Shown here one piece after another: positions 53,180 to 64,000 of a stretch of DNA of 64,000 nt; the first letter of the stretch is position 1, and every line of letters begins with the position of its first letter. The notes beneath the pieces are model-generated. The model worked only from the letters and a program-made list of their open reading frames with translations. It made no database searches and was not told the DNA's origin. Source of the DNA: Geosiphon pyriformis uo1 (lineage: Eukaryota; Fungi; Glomeromycota); the NCBI GenBank assembly GCA_016748015.1, contig JAAOMT010000697.1, positions 62,001 to 126,000 of the forward strand. The letters run 5' to 3'. Both the position numbers and the translations under genes were made by a program.

Positions 53180-54854
53180 AAATTTTATATGTTAAAATAT
53201 ATTTTTATTTCAAATATTATAAGATTTTTTTAAATTAAATTTTTTATTTTTTATTTAAAAATAATAATATTTTTATTTTTATTTTTTTTATTATGTATTT
53301 AATAAATATGGTTTAATTATTATCTAAATATTAAATACAAATTAAGTATATTAAAGCTAAATACAATTTATGTGTTTTTTATATATAACTAGCTATTTGA
53401 GCCAGCTTAAACTATATTATATTAATATTATTAAAAAAAACTTATTTAAAAAAAACATTTTTTAAATAATTTTAAACAATATAATATTATTACTAACTAT
53501 TTTAACCAGTTATTTAATTGTTTTCAATATATTAGTTTTTATAACAACAGATTTATGTTCTTAAAGTAACATTAAACTAGAAAATATATTATTATTTACT
53601 ATAGACAAATCTACTTAGAGATCTGTTATGTTAATATTCTTATAATTGTATTCAGTTTTTAAAGTAATTATTTTATGTTTTAACTCATTAATAATTTTGC
53701 TAAAAACATCTATATGTATTATAACTTTATTGACTTTAAAATTAAATGTTTTATTTGAAACCAAATATTATTAATAAATTGTTCAAACACAGTAACCAGA
53801 AAACCAATTGGCTTAATAATAAACTTAACCAAAATAAAAAGCTTGGCCAAATCAAACTTTAAAAAAACTAACCAAAAAAAAACCATAAAAATATTAACTA
53901 TTATATTAGCAAAAAAAACAAAACCAACTAAAAAACTAAAAACTAAAAGAAACACAAAAACAGTAGCTTTAACATAAAACTTAATGTTAATAAAATTAGA
54001 CACAAAAGGTTTAGAAGTCTTAGAAGTTTTAAAAAAAAAATTAAAACACTTTATAATTAACAGTCAAATAATTTAAGTCTTGGTATCTAAAACAGCTTTA
54101 GCATCCAGAAATTTCTTACCAAATACAATACTTTTTTAAAGTATTAGTTTTAATAATAGCAGTATTCAAATTATTCTATAAACTAAACATAATTAAAGCA
54201 AACCAAAAATAATAATTAGAATTAAATAAACAAGAAATAAAACAAGTCTGATTACTAATTTGAGAAATGAAATTATTAATTTCAAAAACAATACAACCAA
54301 AAAAAAGATTAACTAAATTGGTTTTAAACTTATTACAAGACAGAATAGTTTTATTTTAATTTACCAAAAAAAAAATCCTAATATTATTCTTATTTAACAA
54401 AATCAACCAATAATTTAAAGCAAATTTAACAATATTTAAATTTTTAAAATAAATAACTATATATTGTTAAATGCTAATAAGCTTTTGTATAACACAAAAA
54501 ACTTTATTAAACACACCAAAAGCTGTTTTAATATTAACAGTTAATATACTCAATGATATATTATACAATACAATAGCACCAAAAAAAAAACTAAACTCAG
54601 AAATTACCAAAAATTTGACAATTTTAAGAATGATTAAATAATATTACAAATAATTATTTGAAGTGTTAAAATAAATAACAAATTTGTAACTTGGTGCTTA
54701 ATAGTTTGTAATACAGTAAACTCTCTTTATAATTACATCTTTTGGTCAGCACATTTGTGGTGACTATAAAAAAATGGGACTATAAAAAATAATCAATGTC
54801 TTATTACATGATCTATATATCACATGCATAATATAATAACCAATTATATATATT

Positions 54855-56412
54855 TTATTTAAAAAAGCTATCTATTTGCAACTGTTTTTTCTCTTCTTGA
54901 ACTTTGAGAACAGTATTACAAATTAATGTTCTCAAAGTTTTAAAAAAATCTGAATCAACTTTTTTACTATACTGCTCTTCACAATAGTGCAATGTATCTT
55001 TAAGTGCAATTTTACCTTGATGTGTAGATAGCAAAGACAAAGGTTCATCTTTATTTTCACTTTCTAAATCTTTATTTGTATTAGAATTTCCACTATACTT
55101 GTTGTTAATAAGATCCACAATTTCATCTTCTGAAATATAAGTGAATAATGGTTCAAACTTGTCAATATTAATGAAGTCTATTGTCAATAGCTTATCAATA
55201 TTAACATGCTTAATAAGAACTTGTACTTCTTGTAGGAGTTCTTGTTCAATATCTAATAGATGGACTGGTATTTGACTATTATTCAGAATTCCCATATGAC
55301 GTCAACAGTTTTGGATTGTAGTTGTTGTTACCACTGACCATACATCAATTAGAAAGTCAACCATATTCTTTAATGTTATTGTTAATATTAGAATCTTGTT
55401 ATCATATTGATTAATAAGATGGAAAAGAAACAACTTTCGGTATTGTGCCTTAAAGAATGCAATAATTCCTGTATTTAATGATTGCAAATGAGATGTTGTA
55501 TTGGATGATAAGTATCTAATCATAATATTAAATAATATGAAAGATTCTCTACCATGGGAACCAGCATTATCAAGCAATAGCAAAATCTTTTTTTTCTTGT
55601 GATGCATTTTTTTATTTAATAAATTAAGCCATTCACTAAAAATATCAGTTCGTATCTATGCTTTTGTATTGTAATAATAAGTGATTAGAAGTGCATTCAT
55701 ATTAATATTGCAAAAACATCGTGGCTTTGCAGCTTTGCCGATAATTAAAGGCTACAACTTAATGCTGCCTGTTGCATTACAAACAAGAAGTATGGTAATT
55801 TGACTTTTATCATGCTTGATGCCAGAGATAGATCTTATTGCCAAAGTTGTATTTGGTGGCATTCTAAAGAATAATGCTGTCTTATCAGCATTGTAAACAT
55901 CATTTAGATCATATTCGCTAATAATCTCATGCAGTTTCTTGTTCCTTTGGTAAAATTTCCAAGGGGGCACTGTTTGCTTTGCCATACATCTTAATATGAT
56001 GCAAATTATGACATTTCTTGAACTTTTCTAACCAACTATCTGATGCTTTAAAGTTATTTTCTTTTGGAAACTTTTCAGCAAACTTGAGAGCTTTTGTTTG
56101 TAAAATTTTTCCAGTAAGAATGCAGTTAGTAGTTAGTGTTCCAAGCATCCATTCTTTCAGTACATTATTTATCTTCGGAAACATCTTTTTTTTGTCTTTT
56201 GTCAATTGACCAGAGTTGTCAAATACATTCTTTTCAATCCATCAGTTTGATTTTGTGAGTATCTTTGTTACAGTAGAGCAGTCAACCTTTAGATTAAATA
56301 TTTTGATAAGTCTATTTGCTGAGTAGTTAGGATGTTCTAGTTTGTACTGGCAGAGAGCCTTTTTAGTCTCCAAGGAGATTGCTGCTCACTTTTGGTTTGC
56401 GTTTTTTGGCAT
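54855..56412 (-). pseudogene. pogo/Tigger (CENP-B-like) transposase
   Basis: HTH region FKASDSWLEKFKKCH; DDD-type motifs YNADKTALF, LLLLDNAGSH, LQSLNTGII; tail KKQLQIDSFFK; frameshifts and stops. Confidence 0.92.
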
Positions 56413-56889
56413 GTTAATAAGAACACACTTTTTATTGCATTTTGCTTTTATAACACATTGATATATCTGTTATGTCTTAAACATCATTTTGTCTTATATC
56501 TAATCGAACATGTGAGGTGTCTTATGTTATATGAGGTGCCTTAGATTATAAAAAGCAGCCAAATTATAAAAATAAAGATTTTAATTCAACTGTAGGATTC
56601 TAAGTACAAATAAAAGATTCTCAATAAAAAAAAACCTAATTTCAATAATACATCTGTGACACTTTTTGCCTCTTACCCCAACTAATGATCAATAATGAAG
56701 GCTGTCAATTTAATTCTCCACATACTTGTATAATTGCATAGAAAATAGCACAATATCATGTTGTCAAGTCTTCCAAACACAGCAATGCCTATATCAATTG
56801 AAATATTGATATAAAATACTTTGCACAATGTCAGAGATATTAGAGTGAAAGTCAACTGCAGTTTTTTAAAAAATGTTCTGATCATTATA

Positions 56890-57850
56890 AGTCATAAGAT
56901 TCAATATGTAATATATATAGGCATGTAATGGCTTCTGAATTAATGTGGCCATATGTTGTTTTTAAGGAAAATCCATATGTTAAAGATTACTTAGAATGGA
57001 CCCAAAATGAAACAGATCTTATGTTCAGGTTAAAGTATAAACAAGTCTTTTTTTATTTACAAGCAATTATTAACTTTCACACTAGAGTTTATTTCAATAG
57101 GCCTTCATTAAAACTTATGGCTAAACAAATGTTTGTACCAATTTGGTCTGCTTGGCGTCATCTTATTTACCAATTAATTGAAATTACTGATGAAGAACAA
57201 TGGCTATAATTGAAGCCTAAAGTTTGCAAGCTGATTCAAGAAAGAATTGTAATTTCTTGATCTAAACTTTTAAATCAACATCAAGGCCATGATGCAATAC
57301 TTGAAGAAATTAACAAAATGCTCAAATTGTTGATTCCTTTTACACCTTTACAATGGCATTGAGAAATTGCAATGCATAACTGTATTAAATTTGAGAGATT
57401 GCATACTAACCTTTTTAATGTCATTGGATATTCTAAAAGTGAAATATACAGGTCTCATACATGTCTTAGCTTTATTGTTAAATCAAATTAATTTTGAGTT
57501 TAGATAAAAAAGACACAGTTTGTAAATCCAAATGTCTCTAATTATGTTTTTCATGATATTGGCCATAAATGGATATTAAGCAAAGAAATGAAAAATTCAG
57601 TGAAATTGCACAGATGAAAAAAATAGACTTTTTTAAAGCAAGACGAATTAAGAAAACATTGTTAGGTACTTGGAAACCAATTCCAGTAACAAGTGAAGAA
57701 GCAGATTATCAAAAAATATAAATCTGTTAATAAAATCACAACTATTACTTATTATTAACTCTCTAATACCTCTTTTAAGTGATCATGTTTTCGAAACTTA
57801 TCAAGTTAATCATGTGACAGCCTAATAAATATCTTTTAAGAAGTTAGAAA
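56890..57850 (+). pseudogene. Decayed coding fragment inside the pogo element (unknown; possibly part of another transposase)
   Basis: ORF 56928-57209 continues through stops as ...QHQGHDAILEEINKMLKLLIP... Confidence 0.5.
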
Positions 57851-60800
57851 TATATTGTATTGTGTACAGTTTTGTTTACTTTGGGTTGGGTGTATTACTA
57901 TTTATAATTGGCATTTTTAAAACATAATATGTTGAGTCTAGGTCCGAATTTCCATTCTGTGTGATTATGTTTGGATTATGAAAAGCATTCAACATGAATT
58001 TATTTGCTCCAAAAAAGTTGATTTTTAATACATCTTTAAAACTATTACTCAAACTTTTACTTGCTAATACTAAATATTGGTCAAATGATGAATATGATTG
58101 CTAGTATGGAGCTCTTTTTTAATCACGGATGTCAAAGTTGGTGTGAAAATATATTTATTGGATATATATCAGAATCTTCATGCTCTAAGTTTTATTACTG
58201 GTTACATTTCTTTTCCTAAAGAAAGATAAATTCGAACTCTGTTCCCAGTTGATTTGCTCGAGCAATGTCTTATTAACAAACTTGTTCCCAAAAAATTCCA
58301 TTGAACCATTATTCTCATTTGTATATCTGTTAATTTCTTCTCTCAATATGGAAAAAAAGTAATCTCATTAGCCAAAGTTTGATCCAGAGTAACTTTATTG
58401 ATACTTGCAGCAACAGCCTTCAAAGCACTACCAGTTCTAAAGCACCACCAGTCTTCAAAGCACCAAGAGCAACAGTACTGTACCATATGTCAACTATTAT
58501 TAAAACTCTCATAATACCCGCAAACAACAAGCCAGATATAATAGTTCTGTTATTGTCTTCTGATGGTGGTGGTGGCTTATAAAGAAAAGTAATTGAATGT
58601 TGTAATATTTGAGAAATTTTGTTTAGTATTCTACAATCATTTTCAGAAACTTCTCTAATTTTTTTTACTACCATAAAAAGAATGATTTCCATTGACAATT
58701 GGGAAATCTTCCTGACTGTACATGTCTAATTAAATATAAGATGACATTTAATGTTCATATCTAATATCATATAATTATAGTGTAACTATAGAGAGTAAAA
58801 ATTACTTATATTCTATTATTATATTTGTAAGGATAGAGACTATAAAGAAATATATATAGTAAAAGTGACTATAAGGAGATAATATTATATATAAATGGTT
58901 TTGGTTTTTAAAAAAATGTGATTATAAGAAGATAGTGACTATAATCAAAGAAACTATAGAGAGAGTTTACTGTATTAATAATTTTTAAAGGTTTTGAAGT
59001 CTGAAGATTTTGATTGAATTCTTTGTATAATGAACAAAAATTCAATTAATAGTTTTTTTTATGAATTTTTTTTTAACATGGTGAACAATTTAATCTGGTA
59101 ATTATGCCTTTTTGGTAAGTTATTCTTAAATTTTTACTCTTATTTTTGGGTCTTTTACCAAACTATCTTTGACATTAAATACTCAGTACTTAATTTTTTT
59201 AATCAATTAGTAAACATCAAATAAATAAAATAAAAAAAAATAAAAATAAATAAAAATAAAAAATAAAAAATTAGTATTTTGTCAATAGTTATAATTAAGA
59301 GCTATTGTTTTAATGTAGTTAAGTATTGGATTTTATTAACATAGAATGTTAATAGTGACAAAAGTAATTAATATTTTTAATTAAGTGATAATAACATGAA
59401 TTCAATGATAATAAATAATTTTATTAATATAGAAATAATTCTATTTCAAGTTGTAAAAAACTATTTTTTGAAAAAAAGAGTATTGTTTTAAATTAATATA
59501 AACTCTATTAAATTTTTTTGAAATTACTTTTTCTGTTTTTAATACTCTCATTATATATATATAATTTATGTTATACAAGATCTTATATTTTCTTGAACAA
59601 TATATTCTATTTTTTCTGATAATATGCTCATTATTAAGTAATATATTATGATTTTTTAATAATATGCTTATTACTAAGCAGTATATTATAATTTTCTAAT
59701 ATTGTACTCACTTGTTAAATTTTATTCTCCTATTAATCTATTTTTCTATCTGTTTTTCTTGTATTTTTCTATGAATAACAATAAATAAAGCTTATAAATT
59801 CAACCAAAAAAGCAGTATTCAAGAAATTTTAACAAATAAATTCCATACAAAAAAGCTTTATATTGTCCTTAAAAACAGATTTTGTGTTTAAAAAACCATG
59901 TACAAACTAAAAATAGTCTTAAAATAAGCCAAATTAATTTTAAAAATTGTATTAGACACCAGAATAAAAACAATCCACTTAACAAATCTTTAATAATTAG
60001 TAATCATTTTCCAAACACTATTAGTAACAATACCAAAAATCAGAAAAAATAATTTAATTTCTATCTAATTAATTCAGTTTTCAAAAACAAGTAATTTAAT
60101 AAAAAAATTTTATTTTGCTTTTAAAACTAACAAGAATTTGTTGAAAACATCATATTTGACAACACAACCAATGGTTAATTTTGGTTTATTTTAGATAATA
60201 TACTAGATAATACAATAAAAATTTTATTTAAAACCACAAAAAAATTTGATATAACAATAACAGAAACAAGTAACTGTTCTTATTTTTTGGAATTTTTGGC
60301 TTTTTTGGCTATTTTTAAAGAAGTAATACTAATAATACCAAATATAATAACAATAATTAAAAAAACCAGCTTGTTAATTAATTTACTATTAAAAACTTTT
60401 AGGCTTTTAATAAAAGTAGAAACAACATTAAAACTGATTTAAATATGTTTTTTAAAAAGAATTTTAATTGGTAAAAAACCAGTCAAAGATAAAAAAATGG
60501 GTTAAAGACTACCAGAAACAGTTTATTACTATTACTATTTAAAAAAAAACTTCCAAAACATTTTATTTAGCTGTCTCTATAATAAAAAAAACTTTTTTGA
60601 TTGAAACTTTATTAGATATCTTAGAAAAAATATTGTTTTGGTCGTAATCATAAAATTAAGAAAAAAAAAAGTTTTTTATTTTTATTTAAATATAAAAATT
60701 AATTAAATGTAATTTAATTTAATTTAAAAAAAAATTTATTGATTATATATTATATATTAATTTAATTTTATTGATTAAAATATTTATTAATTTTTTTAAA

Positions 60801-60889
60801 ATTAACAATTTTAAAAACTTAAAAATTTATTTTAATATTATAATAAAATTTAATAGAATTTATTGTTTTATTATATTTAATTTAAATTA

Positions 60890-61473
60890 GGATGCCTAAA
60901 CAGTGCGTTCTGGTTTGTCTCGTTCTTCTTCATGTGTTTCTTGGTTGTTGTTGACTTGTATCTCTGATGTGGCGATTGGTATAGCTTTGTGTAAGGGCTT
61001 TGTTTTTAATAATTTGTATTATGAGTCTGTTTTTGTTTACAAAGATCCTAAAGTGGCAGTCTTTAATGTTATGGATTTTGTTTGTAAGTTTTGTCTTGCA
61101 TTCCGTAATGATATTTGGCTGGTCCATGTGAGACACCAGACCATTATGGAGAAGAATAGGCTAATTCTACATGATGGCTCTGTCCCTGTCTCTGTTTTCA
61201 GTTTTGCTTCCCGATTTTTGGCTGGTGTGGTTAGGTTGTTAGGTGTTGCTGATGCACTCAACATTAGTTTTGGGGTTCACAAGCCTTGTTTATTTTTTGC
61301 AGATATAAGTGACATGGTTTCTGTTGGTATAAGTGCATAGTGTTGTTCTGACTGGTCTGAGTGGCTGGTCACATGTAGGAAAAGCATGATTCGTGCCTAG
61401 TTTAGATTATTTGAATGATGTATAGTTCTAGGTAGTGTTTGGACTTCACTCATTAAAAAAAGGAAAAAAAAAA
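60890..61473 (+). mobile_element. Short 5'-truncated LINE (ORF2 C-terminus, 3'UTR, poly(A))
   Basis: LCKGFVF...LAFRNDIWLVH..GVVRLLGVA matches 52084-52551; same 3'UTR; A-rich tail at 61455-61473. Confidence 0.92.
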
Positions 61474-62079
61474 TTAAAATTATTTAAAATTTTAGAAGAC
61501 TAAATTTATTAATAACTTTAAATATCTTGTATTATAACAGAAAAATAATAATTGGATTTTTTTATTTAATTATAATCATAAAAATAAAAGAAAAAAAAGC
61601 TTAATATATTAATTAATATAATTTGCAATAAAATTTATTAAAATTAAAGATTTAAAGATTTTTATGTGTATATAAAAAGCAATTTTTATAATAATTTTTA
61701 TTTAATAATTAAAAATCAACAAACATATTAATTAAAATAATAATCAATAAATATATGTAAAAAAAAATCAATGAAATGCAAAATAACATATTATAAAACT
61801 ATCATATAAGTTATTTGTTTACATAAAAGTAAACAGCTATTTTTTTACGATTTAACATCTGTTTTTATTAAAAAAATTACTTTTAATTATGCTCAAAAAA
61901 ACATTAATCATTATCAAATATTAAATACATTTATGTTAAAATAAATAAATCATTTATTTTGAAGATAACTTACATTTATTCAATTAAAACAATTGAAATC
62001 ATTTATTTTTGTGGCTTAGTTCTTCAAAAGATATAAAACAAAACCAATTTGCTTCTAAAACATTCCATCTGCTTTTCTG

Positions 62080-62531
62080 TAACGGGCGTTACGATCTAGT
62101 TGTCGCGTGGGTATGGAGATATAAAAAATTTTCTTCGGAAAAATAGTTGATCTAACTTGATCGATATATAATAATCAGACTTTGTGTAAGTTCTTTTTGT
62201 TTGATGATATTAAATAAATAACATCTAATTCACCCCATGAAAGCGGAAAAGAAACGCGTAAATCGGTAACTTGACATGCCAACAGACCACCTGTAACATG
62301 TTAAAAAGTATTTTTCCATATGATAAAATTCCATTTAAGTTAATTTAACAGATGCATTTTTGATGCTTAGAGCTACCGTATCAGGTAGAATTCAAGTTTG
62401 AAAGGCGGTTGCATATAGATACCCCGGGGTACTAATGGCAGGGCTCAGCAATATTTTTTTCTGTTTCCTAGTCCCTGCTCCGTCAAATTTTTTACTCTGA
62501 AAATTTGTGAAGTCAGAAGACAGAAGCAGAA
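62080..62531 (+). promoter_or_regulatory. CpG-retaining promoter/5'UTR of the PHD gene; possible 5'UTR intron 62385-62471
   Basis: CpG reappears abruptly; ACGCGT (MCB-like) near 62254; GTAGAA...tactaat...pyrimidine tract-TAG. Confidence 0.45.
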
Positions 62532-64000
62532 ATGAATAGAGACCAAAATTCGTCACCTCTCCCTTCCGTGAATCCTATATTGAAAGATGTAGTTAATGAA
62601 GCCCAAAAATCCAAAGTCGTCACTCCCTCTGATAAAGCTACTACATTTCTTTCCAAGGGTTCTGTAAGGGAACGACTTCATCAAATTCAAGAGAAAATGA
62701 TAGCTAAGTCTAGAGCAAAATCTCATGGCATGAAAGGCAAAGCAGTAAAAACCATTCCAAAAGAATGGTGGAATACCGTTGACGCCGAATGGATAGTAAG
62801 CAATGCTAAAAAGTGGCAACGAGATTATACACCAGATGCCCCGAAGAAAACTTGCAAGGAAAGCGAAAAATCAAGTTTAAGACAAAGGAACGAGATTTTT
62901 GCTAAAAGTTCGGGGTCTCACCGTCCCCTCTGTCAATATCCTCGTCACTCCTTGTCGAAATACGAACGACATTCGATTCAGAGAACACAAGATACAACAC
63001 AAAGACCAGGTGTTGGCGGAAAGACCATTGCAACAGTGGAAAAGGCGTTACTAGGTATGCTTTTATGGTCGCATTTTGAGACTTTGCCAAGCACCCGATT
63101 TATGGAATTAAATTTTCATTTTTAATAGGTGATCGTCGGTTTTTATGTTATGGGTGTGGCAAAGCCTACAAAGCTAAAAACGGATTGACATATCACCAAA
63201 CTCGCTGTAAAATGCTGAATGTAAGGTTTCTCCTTTAATTTTTTAACGGGTCAAATAATTATATAGAAAGAAGTGAAAAATATTCTACTTGATTCAATCA
63301 CAATTAATTTTTATAACAGAGAACTTTAACAAAGGGAAAGTTTGCCCGAAAACCCCTCCAAAGAGACGATCTCGTAGATTGTTTATGTGGGACTGAAGAT
63401 GATGGGGGAGAAATGGTTCAATGCGATCATTGCCGAGGATGGTTACATTTAGATTGTATCAGATTAACAAGCGACGAGCTACCAGATGATTATTATTGTC
63501 CACGGTGTGTTTGGTCATATGATTCTAATATCAAATCGAAACACGATTCGAATACTAGAAAGGAAAAAGTGAAAGAAAAAGAGGTTGAACGACAACAAAA
63601 CAAATTGGGCAAAGGAAAACATAAGAACCAGGTAGATGTTCCGGTGAAACGAGAAAAGTATAAAGACAATTTCATATATACGAAACAGAATTATAAAAAC
63701 ATAGAAAGCCAAAATTATACCGCACCCATTATACATCCAGGGAATTTGCTTAATAAGATTGAAAAAAATGTGGGAATACAACCTTTGGAAAATGATTTAA
63801 TCTCAGAACCTCGCGATATGCTACCGACAAATATAGAATTTGGACATCGTGATTACTTCAGGGCTGCAAAATTTGACACAACTGATGAAGAGGGAACTGT
63901 GACGCAATCATCTGGGGATGAATTATCTGGAGGAGATTACGAGGAAATAGAAGAGAAGTGCTCTGAGAATGAGGACTTGAATAGTCTCAATTCAGATCAA
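62532..64000 (+). CDS. Host gene: C2HC zinc finger + PHD finger chromatin protein; exons 62532-63054, 63129-63220, 63320->64000 (3' partial)
   Basis: GT-AG introns keep the frame; CYGCGKAYKAKNGLTYHQTRC; PHD CLCGTEDDGGEMVQCDHCRGWLHLDC...YYCPRC; exon 3 is open to the window end; CpG intact. Confidence 0.9.

Larger units (their letters stand above)
54714..58972 (-). mobile_element. pogo/Tigger (Tc1/mariner) DNA transposon carrying extra DNA
   Basis: TIR cagtaaactctctytata / tatagagagagtttactg; TA TSD on both sides; subterminal gtgactata repeats. Confidence 0.92.
54642..59780 (-). mobile_element. Solo LTR (AACAAT-array type) split by a pogo element
   Basis: 54642-54713 plus 58975-59780 is colinear with the other solo LTRs (29434-30215, 35304-36279); TSD ataa/ataa. 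Confidence 0.88.
53296..60650 (-). mobile_element. Old LINE derivative: ORF1-like region joined almost directly to the LINE 3'UTR (~2.2 kb net of insertions)
   Basis: 3'UTR at 53296-53420 matches 50030-50150; decayed coding-like sequence at 53430-54641 and 59785-60650; no room for ORF2. Confidence 0.55.

Noticed and set aside
60875-61480. TSD for the short LINE
   Set aside because: Only an imperfect AT-only match (aatttaaatta / aattaaaatta), not distinguishable from chance.
62532-63125. 197-aa single-exon ORF as the whole gene
   Set aside because: It reads into intron 1; splicing at 63054/63129 gives the zinc-finger/PHD frame.

Overview
Eukaryotic, very AT-rich transposon graveyard. It is probably from a fungus; the element proteins resemble those I recall from Glomeromycota such as Geosiphon, which is an inference. 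About 1-61.5 kb is nested, mutationally decayed mobile DNA. It holds four Ty3/Gypsy LTR retrotransposon copies from two divergent but related families (A and B), six solo or unresolved LTR insertions, five RNase H-family LINE copies or derivatives, one hAT and one pogo/Tigger DNA transposon. The only host gene starts at 62532 (C2HC zinc finger + PHD finger, 2 introns) and runs off the end of the window. Most insertions can be delimited by terminal repeats and target-site duplications (TSDs). The best candidate for an undescribed system is the Gypsy lineage itself. Both families share a tricistronic layout: GTG-initiated gag-protease-[Cys-rich domain]-dUTPase-RT-RNase H, then integrase as a separate +1-frame ORF with its own ATG, then a conserved ~220-245 aa unknown ORF3 ending at the polypurine tract (PPT). 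They also share conserved (partly covarying) RNA stems in the LTR, two alternative hairpins that can mask the primer-binding site (PBS), and 4-bp TSDs that look CpG-centred. Repeats show pervasive C>T/G>A (RIP-like) decay that is strongest in the oldest layers. All alignments were done by eye and no database searches were run.
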